Shown: piece after piece, positions 49,274 through 59,577 of the stretch
How positions within the stretch are numbered: the first letter of the stretch is position 1
How the letters are laid out: each line of letters begins with the position of its first letter
Source of the DNA: a virus
Direction: 5' to 3' (one strand)
Virus record (IMG/VR): IMGVR_UViG_3300009494_000372
Length of the DNA stretch: 64,000 nucleotides
Translations under genes and position numbers: made by a program
The notes under the pieces: generated by a model
Seen by the model: only the letters and a program-made list of their open reading frames with translations
What the model was told of the DNA's origin: nothing
Databases searched by the model: none

Positions 49274-49855
49274 GCGACCGGTGTTGCAGCACCGGGTGTT
49301 TCATACATCGCAAATAGTATATGGTAAACACCCTTATATCTTATGCTGTCATTGTTTTATGTGGATGGGCGCTCCGCAATCCCCGGGAAGGAGTGCCATG
49401 GACCAGCAGGAGCAGATCATTGATCTTGAGCAGCGTATCAGGAAGCTTGAGACTGTGGTTTCTATCGATCGTTTCAAGGCAGAGCAGGAAAAGACTCACA
49501 GGCAGAATGAACGCGACCGTGTTGCTGCTGATCGGCTCACGGTCCGGATGAAACGCGACGGCGATGTGGTTGTGCTTGCCGAGTACATCAAGGATGCGGT
49601 CAAGTTCAATAATCTGGTTAAGAAGGGCATCATCGAGAAGATCCGCGGGAAGTGGGTCGTCCATCCCGGGATTGCGGAACAGAATGGGTATCTCGTGCTG
49701 GAGGTAACATAGATGGAAAAGAAATGCACCACGGTAACCTGCCCCGAATGCGGGCACACATTTGAAGCGTGTTTCATTGATTATGGGTCGGGGAAGCTTG
49801 ACTGGTTTCCAGAGTGCCCGATGTGCAAAGCAAGGTTCCCGGTTTCCAGGTGAAA

Positions 49856-50851
49856 CGCATGGATATTATCGTGCCGGTAGCACACTATGAACCGCTATCA
49901 GTGGTTAAAAAATCTTTTGATTGCATATCGCTGCTTGAAAACGGGGGTATGGATGTTCGTGTCACCTATGTTCTCGATCTCAAGGAGGGAGATGACGACC
50001 GCCTGCAATTCCTTGGGAAGATGCCGGTCACAGTGATCGCACGCACAGACAACCGGGGGCGGCGTGCCGGTGCCGTCAACGACGCTCTTGATGTGCATAA
50101 ATCCGAAGTGGAACCTGATTATGTCGCACTCTTTGATGTGGACAGTCGCCCGGACCGAGATTTCATTGTCAAGTGTGCGGACCTGCTGCAGTCAAATAAG
50201 AACACGATCATCGCAAGTGGCGCACGTTTCATCACGAACGAGGATGAAAATATCATAACAAAGACTGTTGCCGCAGAATATTGCTTCTTTTCTGATGTAT
50301 ACCGGCTGTTCGAGAGATTTGGTGGGTTTAACCAGTTCAACGGTATGATCGGCGTTTTGAATATCCGGCTCATGAGGGATTATCAATTGGATCATCTGGA
50401 CGAGTCGGCGTCGTGTGAGGATCTCGATTTCACCCAAAAAGCATATCTTGCAGGTTTTGTCGGAGGTTTCACCGCAAACACAATGGTTGGAGAGCAGGCA
50501 CCATCCACCATCAGAGATCTGTTCAACCAGCGGGTCAGATGGCTGTCAGGCGCATATCAGGGGCTTTCCACACACCTGACATCGTTTGCTGCATCTGAGA
50601 TCTCCATGTTAAAGAAACTGGCATGGTTCCTTGCACTATCCCTGCCATTCGTAGCGTTCCTCGCCACACCGATTGTGCCGCTGTACGGTGTGCGTTTATG
50701 TGCAAAATATGGTTTCTGCCGTGCTGCCATCAGTACACTCGGGTTGATCGGTCATGTCTGGCTAATCACGCTATGTGGAGCTGTTGTGCTGGCAAAACAG
50801 GTGTTCGGCGGGCATGTTGAATGGAAAGAATCGGGAAGGAGTGATGTTTAA
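49856..50851 (+). CDS. GT2 processive glycosyltransferase (cellulose-synthase-like)
   Basis: RAGAVN, FDVDS, CEDLD and QRVRW (QxxRW) motifs; C-terminal TM segments. Confidence 0.88.
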   Translation, partial: RMDIIVPVAHYEPLSVVKKSFDCISLLENGGMDVRVTYVLDLKEGDDDRLQFLGKMPVTVIARTDNRGRRAGAVNDALDVHKSEVEPDYVALFDVDSRPDRDFIVKCADLLQSNKNTIIASGARFITNEDENIITKTVAAEYCFFSDVYRLFERFGGFNQFNGMIGVLNIRLMRDYQLDHLDESASCEDLDFTQKAYLAGFVGGFTANTMVGEQAPSTIRDLFNQRVRWLSGAYQGLSTHLTSFAASEISMLKKLAWFLALSLPFVAFLATPIVPLYGVRLCAKYGFCRAAISTLGLIGHVWLITLCGAVVLAKQVFGGHVEWKESGRSDV

Positions 50852-50904
50852 AATATGGTGTGTAGGGGGCGCAGAAATCCTCGCATTTTAATGCGGGGAG
50901 GATG

Positions 50905-51297
50905 TCAATCGATTAGCTCTTCTGCAAGCCGCCTCGCGGTGGTCTCGACACACCTCTCGTATTCGGGTGTGCCAGGCTCTGCTCCGAACAGTTTCTCGCA
51001 CGTGCTGGCAGCCGTTGCCCTGCCCCAGTCGCTCTCCGCGATTGCCTCGATGCGATCTTCCCGGGTGAGTTCAAATTTTGCAATATCCACGACCTCACGC
51101 GGGGCAGACACCAACACCCCATCAGTCTCAACGGGTATTTTTATTCCAACGATGCCACAGTATTCGCTTAACGTTTCCGCAGCAGCTTTGATCGCTGACC
51201 AGCAAGTTTTCACTTCTTCAGGCAATACGGGTTTGCCGGACATTTTCCCAAAAGCTTCCCGTTCTTCTTCGGTCATCTCTAAGAATTTTCCATCCAT
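50905..51297 (-). CDS. Small Cys-pair helical protein, paralog A
   Basis: Close paralog of 51741-52133. Confidence 0.6.
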   Translation of the reverse strand: MDGKFLEMTEEEREAFGKMSGKPVLPEEVKTCWSAIKAAAETLSEYCGIVGIKIPVETDGVLVSAPREVVDIAKFELTREDRIEAIAESDWGRATAASTCEKLFGAEPGTPEYERCVETTARRLAEELID

Positions 51298-51303
51298 CTT
51301 TAA

Positions 51304-51717
51304 TCACTCCGGATACCGTACTATACTGACTCTGTGTTTATGGTCCGGTCTACTTGCTTGAATCACCTGTTCAATGTTTTCCACACGTCCCTCATTAGCA
51401 TCGAAAGTGACATACATTGGTGGGTTTAAATTGCCTATCTCTATTTTTTTAGCTTCAGGATACACATCGAAATAGCTGTCAGGCATAAACAAACCAACAG
51501 TGCATCCCAGCTTACCACCGTCAACTGTTTCCACAGTTGTGGATAACAGTACCTGGTAGACAAACTCTCTTCTCTCTGATATGTAGGTAGTAATCAATCC
51601 GTTTGAGTACTTCACGTCAATGATAAAATATTCAACTCCCTGACGTTCACTATACTCCCCGTCCGTCGTTTCGGCAAATCTTTTTAGCGCCGAGATCACC
51701 TGATTAATATATATCAT
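51304..51717 (-). CDS. Hypothetical protein between the two paralogs
   Basis: 137 aa; lower GC than its flanks. Confidence 0.5.
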   Translation of the reverse strand: MIYINQVISALKRFAETTDGEYSERQGVEYFIIDVKYSNGLITTYISERREFVYQVLLSTTVETVDGGKLGCTVGLFMPDSYFDVYPEAKKIEIGNLNPPMYVTFDANEGRVENIEQVIQASRPDHKHRVSIVRYPE

Positions 51718-51740
51718 TCACATCATCTCTGTGACCGTTC

Positions 51741-52133
51741 TCAGGTTACCATCCCCACCGCAAGCCGCCTCGCGGTGGTCTCGACACACCTCTCGTATTC
51801 GGATGTGCCAGGCTCTGCTCCGAACAGTTTCTCGCACATGCCGGAAGACGTGTTTCTGCCCCAGTCGCTCTCCATGATTGCGGTGATGCGCTCTTCCCGG
51901 GTGAGCTCGGGGTTGGAGCGTGCGATCTCCATGATCTCTGGCGGTGCGGCTACAGACACCCCCCCGGTCTCGATGGGTGTGACCATACCTATGCCGCCAC
52001 AGTATTCACCTAACGTTTCCGCAGCTGCTTTGATCGCGGACCAGCAAGTTTTCACCTCTTCAGGCAATACGGGTTCGTCTGGCGACGGTTTTTCAGACTC
52101 TTTAAGCGCCTCCAGAAAATCATCTTCTGGCAT
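51741..52133 (-). CDS. Small Cys-pair helical protein, paralog B
   Basis: PVLPEEVKTCWSAIKAAAETL..CEKLFGAEPGT.EYERCVETTARRLA shared with paralog A. Confidence 0.6.
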   Translation of the reverse strand: MPEDDFLEALKESEKPSPDEPVLPEEVKTCWSAIKAAAETLGEYCGGIGMVTPIETGGVSVAAPPEIMEIARSNPELTREERITAIMESDWGRNTSSGMCEKLFGAEPGTSEYERCVETTARRLAVGMVT

Positions 52134-52257
52134 GGTGGTATCTATGGTACCGCCGCCTCAAAAACGTTTTGTACGACAAACGCGGACATCCCCTTATAAA
52201 CCCGATTCCCAAATGAATAACAACTGACATTTAACAGCAACGGAGGTGAAAAAGACT

Positions 52258-52446
52258 ATGGCAGACCAGGCATCAGCAAAGAAGGTTTACAGGTTCAAGG
52301 TGTGCGAAGAGTACCTTAAACTGAAGGGTAAAGATGCAGCCGGATGCGACAAGGCATTCGACAACCTGATCACGAACATGACAGCGGGATACAGGGCACT
52401 TGCACCAGGAGAACGCATCGGCATCGGGGCACCATATTGGGTTTGA
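52258..52446 (+). CDS. Micro-protein copy 1 (62 aa)
   Basis: MADQASAKKVYRFKVCEEYLKL..; own TATA box and RBS. Confidence 0.7.
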   Translation: MADQASAKKVYRFKVCEEYLKLKGKDAAGCDKAFDNLITNMTAGYRALAPGERIGIGAPYWV

Positions 52447-52540
52447 GGTTTTTGCCCGACAAACGCGGACACACCTTTATAAACCCGATTCCCAAAGGGA
52501 TAATAACTGACATTAAACAGCAACGGAGGTGAAAAAGACC

Positions 52541-52690
52541 ATGGCAGACCAGGCATCAGCAAAGAAGGTTTACAGGTTCAAGGTGTGTGAAGAGTACCTT
52601 AAACTGACGGGCAAAGAGGCAGACGGATGCGACAAGGCATTCGACAGACTGATCACCAACATGACGGCGGGATACAAGGCACTTGCGTAG
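52541..52690 (+). CDS. Micro-protein copy 2 (49 aa)
   Basis: Same start motif; stop TAG. Confidence 0.7.
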   Translation: MADQASAKKVYRFKVCEEYLKLTGKEADGCDKAFDRLITNMTAGYKALA

Positions 52691-52808
52691 GCAAGACCTT
52701 TTCTCCCGGTTTCTTCTTTTTGTCCGACAAACGCGGACACACCTTTATAAACCCGATTCCTAAAGGGATAATAACTGACATTAAACAGCAACGGAGGTGA
52801 AAAAGACC

Positions 52809-52958
52809 ATGGCAGACCAGGCATCAGCAAAGAAGGTTTACAGGTTCAAGGTGTGTGAAGAGTACCTTAAACTGACGGGCAAAGAGGCAGACGGATGCGA
52901 CAAGGCATTCGACAGACTGATCACGAACATGACAGCGGGATACAAGGCACTTGCGTAA
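52809..52958 (+). CDS. Micro-protein copy 3 (49 aa)
   Basis: Same protein as copy 2 with synonymous changes; stop TAA. Confidence 0.7.
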   Translation: MADQASAKKVYRFKVCEEYLKLTGKEADGCDKAFDRLITNMTAGYKALA

Positions 52959-53070
52959 GCAAGACCTTTTTCCCATTTCTTCTTTTTTCCATTTACGAAA
53001 AAGTATATCGTCAGCCATACCTCCAGCCCGAAGGGTAGTTTTTACTCGATTTTTTGTGAAAAAATCGTTT

Positions 53071-53340
53071 TTAATCGACGACATCTGCCGTGATATCATC
53101 CCATGAACGATCGTCGATTTCAGTTTCGGGTTCAGGTTCGAGCATCACCTTTTCATAAGCTGCACGGTAGTTCGTCCTGAATGTGTCGAAATTTCCCCTT
53201 AAGAGGGCTTTTGCGACTGGTATGCCGCCGTCGCCGAGTTTCAGGATATTGTTGATTGCCTGGATACACACGTCCCTATCGATACCGTCACATGCGCCGT
53301 TTGCGACCAGTTTTTCCACGAGTATGTTTACGCCCATCAT
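53071..53340 (-). CDS. Small hypothetical protein
   Basis: Operonic with 53337-54302. Confidence 0.5.
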   Translation of the reverse strand: MMGVNILVEKLVANGACDGIDRDVCIQAINNILKLGDGGIPVAKALLRGNFDTFRTNYRAAYEKVMLEPEPETEIDDRSWDDITADVVD

Positions 53341-54302
53341 TCTATTAACGCCCTCTCGATTTCTTTGCTGATCTCTTCTGCCCTACCTGCAATTCCCATA
53401 ACTACGTCCAGCCGTCTGGCAGCTTCAATCGCGGCTGGTCGCAGGATACTGTAGCCCTGCAGCGAAAGAAGTTTGGCTGCCATGGCTGTGTAATAAGACA
53501 TCAGTTTTGCAGTCTTATCCTCAAACGCTTCCCTGAATATATAAGATATGATGGTCACCAGCTCTGGCAGTGCCCGTCCATGAAAGTAGATTGCGAAGAT
53601 CTCAACAGCATCCGTTATGGGTTTGATGCGACCCAGAGTGATACCGACACCAATCGGGACGAAGACCGCAATATCAATGTCCCATGGCTCTTCAGTCGGG
53701 TCTATCGGGTGTCTGAGCGCTTCGATTTCTTTTCTCGGTATTTTTGCTGCCAGCTCTTCTCTTGCTTCGATGACCGCCGCCTTCAGCTTCTGACGCTCTT
53801 TGGCAAGTTCCAGAAGCGTTTTTCGCTCTTCATCCGTTATCGATTCGACCAGTTCTTTCTTTTGGTCAGGAGATAGGTTCTCGAAGAGATTCATGTATTC
53901 TTCAAGTGTTTTTATGGATGGTTTGGTGGCGACGATCTTACGCAGTTCATCGAATTTCGCCCACTCTTCTTTCGATAGCCCTTTTTTAACCGGCGGTTCT
54001 TCCTCCACCACGACTATCTTCTTTTTAACCGGCGGTTCTTCCGCTTTCTTCTTTTTTTCTTCGGCTTCTGCCTTTACACGCTCATATTCTTTGTTATATC
54101 GTTCAATGAAGGTGTCGTAATCCTTGCCCAATTTTTCTTTCACATCGGTAAGCCCGGCTTCCCCTTTCTCGCCGAGATATATTATCGCCTCACGGCATTT
54201 TTTATCATGAAGACCCTTGCAGATGCCCTCCCATGGACCGCTTGTTTTTCTTCCGGCGCCCTTCACGAGTTTCTTACAGGTCGTCTTCTTAAGTTCGCTC
54301 AT
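53337..54302 (-). CDS. Lys/Glu-rich coiled-coil protein
   Basis: 321 aa; internal EEPPVKK duplication. Confidence 0.55.
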   Translation of the reverse strand: MSELKKTTCKKLVKGAGRKTSGPWEGICKGLHDKKCREAIIYLGEKGEAGLTDVKEKLGKDYDTFIERYNKEYERVKAEAEEKKKKAEEPPVKKKIVVVEEEPPVKKGLSKEEWAKFDELRKIVATKPSIKTLEEYMNLFENLSPDQKKELVESITDEERKTLLELAKERQKLKAAVIEAREELAAKIPRKEIEALRHPIDPTEEPWDIDIAVFVPIGVGITLGRIKPITDAVEIFAIYFHGRALPELVTIISYIFREAFEDKTAKLMSYYTAMAAKLLSLQGYSILRPAAIEAARRLDVVMGIAGRAEEISKEIERALIE

Positions 54303-54818
54303 CGATTAACCCCCTGCGCAGCTCATTAACAATCTCAGCGGTCTTCTTACGGTCGATGTTCTTTATTTCGTCGAGCGTGAGATCCAGCTCGACGTGATTC
54401 GGTTTATTCTTTGGATCCATTTGCACCTTTCATCAGTAGTTCTGACAGCTTTTCGATATCCACCGCATCAGATCCGAGAGACGTCCACCAGAAATTCAGG
54501 ACAAACCTGATCGCCTCACCATCAGAGGACAGTTTAAACCCATCTCGCACCTTGTCGATGATGTGCTGGTCCTCATCAGACACTCTCAGACACTTCTTGT
54601 GGATTAGAGCTGCCATACATATCCTGTTTTCATGTTCTCGATGTTGTTTACGATCGGGGAAACAGCCAGCTCGGGACATTTCCGGTATTTCTCGAACTTG
54701 CTTAACAGGTTTCGATAATACTTAAGCCCGCTTTGCACCTGTTTCTCTGTTAGCCCCTTCTGTGTCAGCAGTTCTTCGAGTGTTCGCTCGTTCTCGCTTT
54801 TAGCGGTTCTAACCGTGA

Positions 54819-55271
54819 TCAACCGACCACCTCAAGTTCTTTCAGATACGCAGTATACAGCAGGTCCTTAAGATCGTTTTTTTCGAGCCAGTCTTTTGCC
54901 GTTTCGTATTTCTCTGTCCCGCTATCGCTCTCGTCAAACATCTTGATGTAGTACATGCACTCAAGCTGTTTTTTCGGGCTGTCAGGTGCATATTCGTTCG
55001 CAACCCACTCGGCTATCGCCTGGCACCTGCTGCATGAGAACGTTATGACCCGCTTACCGAACTCAAGGTATGCTTGCTTACTTGACTCTGACGATTCGGT
55101 GGGTGGGGCTGCCTCAGAATCCGTTTCCACATCATCTTCGGTGATTCGGTCCAGAACGAACTCTCGCAGCGGGTCGTGGAACGTGATGTCTTCGCCAAAC
55201 AGGTCCCTCGCGAGTTTCCTGGCAGGCTCACTCAGTAACCCTAACGGATCGAATATCGGAAGTTTGAGCAT
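54819..55271 (-). CDS. Hypothetical protein
   Basis: 150-aa ORF. Confidence 0.5.
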   Translation of the reverse strand: MLKLPIFDPLGLLSEPARKLARDLFGEDITFHDPLREFVLDRITEDDVETDSEAAPPTESSESSKQAYLEFGKRVITFSCSRCQAIAEWVANEYAPDSPKKQLECMYYIKMFDESDSGTEKYETAKDWLEKNDLKDLLYTAYLKELEVVG

Positions 55272-55340
55272 TTTTCACCACCTCTGCACTTTTCAATGTT
55301 GATTATCTGGTAGGCAATATCTTAAGTATCTTTCCCGCAA

Positions 55341-56717
55341 TCAGATCAACCGCACCGGCGGACCCATCGGCACGTATAGTTTTTCACGGTTTTGTATGAG
55401 GTACTCGTTAAGATCAAAGATCGCATCGGCATAAGGATATGCTACTAATAACCGCGGCTCGAATTCTGTACCCATTGCAAAGTACCGCAAAATAGTTAAA
55501 GCGTGTCCGTCTTCGTACCAAAAAGAACCCTTAATGAACTGTTTTACGTGATCAGAAGGTGACAATGGAAGTCCACGAAAAAGATATTCTTCCTTGATCC
55601 TGCCTGCATCGAGCATTTCCCTGGCAACATCCACAGCAATCTCATACGAAGCTTTGAAGTGACCAAACATCTTCTTAATCTTCGATACAGCCATATCGGA
55701 TTCTTCAGTACCTTGCGACATTAAAAAACATTGCATGAACCCGGTTTCCGGGGACACGACACATGAAAATAGGTGTCTTGACAGCAAGGACATTCCTATA
55801 TCGGGTATGGATAGCATAGTAACTCCTGATGGGTGTGTGTGGATGCTGCCGATCTCCTGTGTTATATCAATATGCCGGGCTGGATCGTAGAAGGCGATCG
55901 AGCATTTATCACCTATGCACGTTTCACTGATGGTGCATCCCTCATCCTTTCCCCTGAAGAAACGTGCACCGACCTCGACGCCAGACGCCTTCGACTGCTC
56001 CATGATATCTACAAGAGCATCATGGTGTCTGTCGATACACCTCTGTGCAATACCCCTGGCAGCGTCCACATTGATTTTTAGCTGGATTTCTTCTTTGATA
56101 TCGTCAACAGACCGAGGAAGCTTTTCGAATACGATATGAGAAATATAGGTCCCCTCACACGTCCCATCAGATCTTTCTTTGGTCGGCAGCCAGATGAAAC
56201 CCTTTCGTGTGCGAGTGTATCTCCTGGTAGCTGTGACCAGTGAGATCTGGAGATCCCCAGCTATATGTTTATCATGTATTTTCCGTATGCCCGACTGGGC
56301 TAATCTGAATAATTTATAGCCGGTGTGAATACGGGATTCTTTTTTGTTTCTGTATATTCCGCGAGACACGTAATCTGACAATATGTCGTCGATTGCAACC
56401 TGATCTCCGATTTTCGCTCTGCGTCTACCATATATACTGTATAAAGTCCGGAGGAACAAGGTCTCATCGAAGGGTTGTTCGATTTCATCCCGCCATTTCT
56501 TCAGCATCGCGGCAACTTCAGACGCTATAAGGTCAGTTTCGCCCAGTTTCGTGTCCTCCGGACCCCAAAACAAGGCAACTCGCTCCATATCAGCATCAAC
56601 CACCATTGTGTATAATGAAACGTGCATCCGAGGATAATCTACGTTCAACGTGTATCCTAATCGATGCATTTCTTTTTTGATATTCGCTCCAAAGATCGAT
56701 ATGTATTTCTCGGTCAT
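55341..56717 (-). CDS. Two-domain protein: N-domain paralogous to 58669-59301 plus JAB/MPN-like metalloprotease domain
   Basis: EIGSIHTHPSG..LSIPD (HxH..S..D). Confidence 0.65.
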   Translation of the reverse strand: MTEKYISIFGANIKKEMHRLGYTLNVDYPRMHVSLYTMVVDADMERVALFWGPEDTKLGETDLIASEVAAMLKKWRDEIEQPFDETLFLRTLYSIYGRRRAKIGDQVAIDDILSDYVSRGIYRNKKESRIHTGYKLFRLAQSGIRKIHDKHIAGDLQISLVTATRRYTRTRKGFIWLPTKERSDGTCEGTYISHIVFEKLPRSVDDIKEEIQLKINVDAARGIAQRCIDRHHDALVDIMEQSKASGVEVGARFFRGKDEGCTISETCIGDKCSIAFYDPARHIDITQEIGSIHTHPSGVTMLSIPDIGMSLLSRHLFSCVVSPETGFMQCFLMSQGTEESDMAVSKIKKMFGHFKASYEIAVDVAREMLDAGRIKEEYLFRGLPLSPSDHVKQFIKGSFWYEDGHALTILRYFAMGTEFEPRLLVAYPYADAIFDLNEYLIQNREKLYVPMGPPVRLI

Positions 56718-56725
56718 TCAGCAAT

Positions 56726-57646
56726 TCAACTCTCTGGCACACAATATGATAAGTATCTTTCCAGCACCGCCCGGTCATCGAAATCGCCGAGCACCTCGAT
56801 TCCTCTCTGCACCTCGATCCGGAGCCTGTTGTTCAGTGTGTCAAGCAGCTCGTAAAGCCTGAATAACTGTTTCACCTGTGATATTTTGCTGAAATCCGGC
56901 TCGCATTTGGCGATGTCGCCGCCCCACTCCTTCATGATCTCGTCTATCTTCATGCCGCGGAGCAGGAGGAACTCGGTTCCGGTTATGGTGTCCGGCTCTT
57001 TTTTGTATGTGACGACGTTTATGAAATCATCGATATCATCCTTGATCTGGAACGCCCGTCCCAGGTGCAGCCCGAACTTCGCCATCGTCTCGACATCATC
57101 ATCCCGGGCGTTCGCCGCCATTGCACCGAACCTGGCTGCCAGTGCGAACAGTGCACCTGTTTTTTTATCGATGATGAGCTCATATAATCGGGTTGCCGGG
57201 AGATCTCTCGCGATCTCCTTTAACACACCAAAACACATCTCCCTCTGCGTCTCAGACACAGCGGTGACATATTCCTGACCATAAGGTGCCACCATGGAGT
57301 ACGGGACTGATAACCCGCTTATTATCTCAAGGAATGCTGTCGAGAAGCCTTTGAGCGTGTATAGCGATGGTTTCCCCCGGCGCATCTCATCCTGGTCGAT
57401 GATGTCGTCGGCAGCCAGCGTTAGCGAGTGCACAACCTCCACGGTACATGCGAGATCCAGGGCTTTCGTTTTCTGCTCTGCTGTTGACTCATCGCCGGTC
57501 AACATGTCGCACACCATGCAGGTCAGGATCCCGCGCAGTTTCTTGCCGCCGCGGGTGATTGCGTAAAGTTCGGGTGATGTTGTTTCCTTCAGCCGATCAT
57601 CGATGCGTTGGCGTGCTTCCGGGATGTATCCTATGAGGTCGATCAT
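56726..57646 (-). CDS. Polyprenyl diphosphate (GGPP-type) synthase
   Basis: GGKKLRG, DDIIDQDEMRRGKP, KKTGALF and FQIKDD. Confidence 0.9.
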   Translation of the reverse strand: MIDLIGYIPEARQRIDDRLKETTSPELYAITRGGKKLRGILTCMVCDMLTGDESTAEQKTKALDLACTVEVVHSLTLAADDIIDQDEMRRGKPSLYTLKGFSTAFLEIISGLSVPYSMVAPYGQEYVTAVSETQREMCFGVLKEIARDLPATRLYELIIDKKTGALFALAARFGAMAANARDDDVETMAKFGLHLGRAFQIKDDIDDFINVVTYKKEPDTITGTEFLLLRGMKIDEIMKEWGGDIAKCEPDFSKISQVKQLFRLYELLDTLNNRLRIEVQRGIEVLGDFDDRAVLERYLSYCVPES

Positions 57647-58668
57647 ATAAGTCTCGCCCCAACCAGTCTCAGCGCCCGTATTATCTGCCTTGTTCCGGGA
57701 TACAGCCCGAACCACCGGTCATTCTTATAAAGGCAGATCAGGTCACGCAGGTTTAGCCGTCTTCCGGAGATCAGTTTCTTTACGATCTCGGTTTCACGGT
57801 CCATGAACGCAAACTCCTTCATCACGGCTGCCTCGTAGTGCCGGAACCGGTGGTCTTCACCGATGTGCTTGGCGAGCAGCCTGGCGCAGGTAATTGCAGG
57901 CAGAATTCCGGCACCACTGTGTGGGCTGACTGCACCGATGCTCTCGCCCACGCCCACGATATTTCGCCACGCGATTGGCTGGCAGTATGCTGGTGTGAGC
58001 AGCCTTATTTTAGATTCTTCGCCTTTGCAGACTTGTTCTTTACCCGAGACTCCTGCGTATCGCATAGCCTTCCATGTCTCTCCGGGTGCCGACTTTCCCA
58101 GGGAGGGTATACTGATGTTCTCCCATTTCATCGCACCCTGCCCGATATGCACAAAACCGTTATCGAGCGGGAATACCCATGCGTAGCCGACCGATTTGCT
58201 CGGGAACATGGATATCCGGAGATCTTCCGTGTCAGTCCTGTAGAGTGCCTGCCTGCACATAATCTTCAGATCGCCGGGAATCCCGGGCAGGAGCGCCCGT
58301 TTCTCCCCGGTCGCATCGACAATAAGGTCATAGTCATTGGACGGCGATAAAACGAACCCGATCCGGATGTTGTCGCTGCTGCACATCTGCTCAAGGAATG
58401 CCGGCTTATCGAACGTGCACAGGCTGCACCTGATCCTGTCGCCATCCAGGTTCAGCTCGCTGAAATTCCGGTAAATCTTCACAGGTACCTGCAGCTGCCC
58501 ACACGCTTCCCTTAACTTGGTTTGCTCCACCCCCCATGCACATGGGTGGATGCCGCACCGGTTCCCTTGCTTGATGTCAAAGATCTCGACATCGTGACGG
58601 TCCTGAAGCTCAAGGAATCTCCAGAGGGCTCTTCCTGCAATTCCTGCGCCTACAATCGCTATTCGCAA
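57643..58668 (-). CDS. Geranylgeranyl-reductase-like FAD oxidoreductase
   Basis: IVGAGIAG, VDATG, GYAWVFP and VGESIGAVSPHSGAGI. Confidence 0.8.
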   Translation of the reverse strand: MRIAIVGAGIAGRALWRFLELQDRHDVEIFDIKQGNRCGIHPCAWGVEQTKLREACGQLQVPVKIYRNFSELNLDGDRIRCSLCTFDKPAFLEQMCSSDNIRIGFVLSPSNDYDLIVDATGEKRALLPGIPGDLKIMCRQALYRTDTEDLRISMFPSKSVGYAWVFPLDNGFVHIGQGAMKWENISIPSLGKSAPGETWKAMRYAGVSGKEQVCKGEESKIRLLTPAYCQPIAWRNIVGVGESIGAVSPHSGAGILPAITCARLLAKHIGEDHRFRHYEAAVMKEFAFMDRETEIVKKLISGRRLNLRDLICLYKNDRWFGLYPGTRQIIRALRLVGARLI

Positions 58669-59301
58669 TCAGACACCTCCATCAACCCTTTTCAGTATTT
58701 CTTCCTTGAAATCAGAAACAGACCGAAGAATTTTCCTGAATTTGACATGTGAAATATACGTCCCACCACCTCTTTCGTCGGTCGGCACCCAGATAAAATC
58801 CTTTCGTCGGCGAGTGTATGCTCGTGTAGCCACGATCAATGATAGCTGAAGATCGTCGATTTCCCGTTTTTTCAACCGGAATAAGTCATAGCTAACGTGA
58901 ATACGGGCGTCTTTTTTGGTTTTGTATATCTTACGGGATGCATATTCGGACAATATGTCATCGATTGCAACCGGATCTCCGATTTTCGCAGCAAACGTGG
59001 TATATACGCCGTACAAAGTCTGCAAAAACAATTCATCATCGATGGGGCGTTTGATTTCATCCTGCCATGTCTTCAGCATCGCCACAACCTCAGACGCCAC
59101 AGTGCCGCATCCGCCCAATTTCTCTTGCTGTGGACCGTACCATAATGTAGCTTTACCTCCGTCAAAATCAGTCTCGATTGTGTAGAGTGAAACTTTTAGC
59201 AGAGGGTAGTGCCCTCCCAACGTAAGTCCCAATTGCTCCAGTTCTTTTTCGAGATTCTTTCCAAAGGTTGTTCTATCTTCAAATTGCAGGTTATCATTCA
59301 T
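58669..59301 (-). CDS. Stand-alone paralog of the N-domain of 55341-56717
   Basis: VSLYT..FL.TLY..IGD.VAIDDILS.Y..LVTATR.YTR.RK..W.PT shared. Confidence 0.65.
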   Translation of the reverse strand: MNDNLQFEDRTTFGKNLEKELEQLGLTLGGHYPLLKVSLYTIETDFDGGKATLWYGPQQEKLGGCGTVASEVVAMLKTWQDEIKRPIDDELFLQTLYGVYTTFAAKIGDPVAIDDILSEYASRKIYKTKKDARIHVSYDLFRLKKREIDDLQLSLIVATRAYTRRRKDFIWVPTDERGGGTYISHVKFRKILRSVSDFKEEILKRVDGGV

Positions 59302-59577
59302 TTCTTGCTGCCTCCGACTTTGAATCTATGTCCCCTGAACGCCTTCTGCCATCGCATCGGGATGTGTGTCGCAACCATAACCGGCGGCGGGGGCGCAACG
59401 TGGATCGGCGGCAGTTCAGAACACGGCGGCTGCCATGACCACAATCGCTGTAGCTCATCTTTGAGGTGGGTCATCGTGTCGGATGACAGCCAGTTTACCA
59501 TTGACATCCAGTCAGCCTTTGAACTTGAATCTGTCATTTCGCCAGCTCCGTGAGCCGTTCTTTAATGATATCTTCTT

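Larger units (their letters stand above)
52175..52960 (+). repeat. Three tandem promoter + RBS + micro-ORF cassettes
   Basis: Each has TTATAAACCCG, GGAGGTG and an ATG (52258, 52541, 52809); spacing 283 and 268 bp. Confidence 0.9.
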
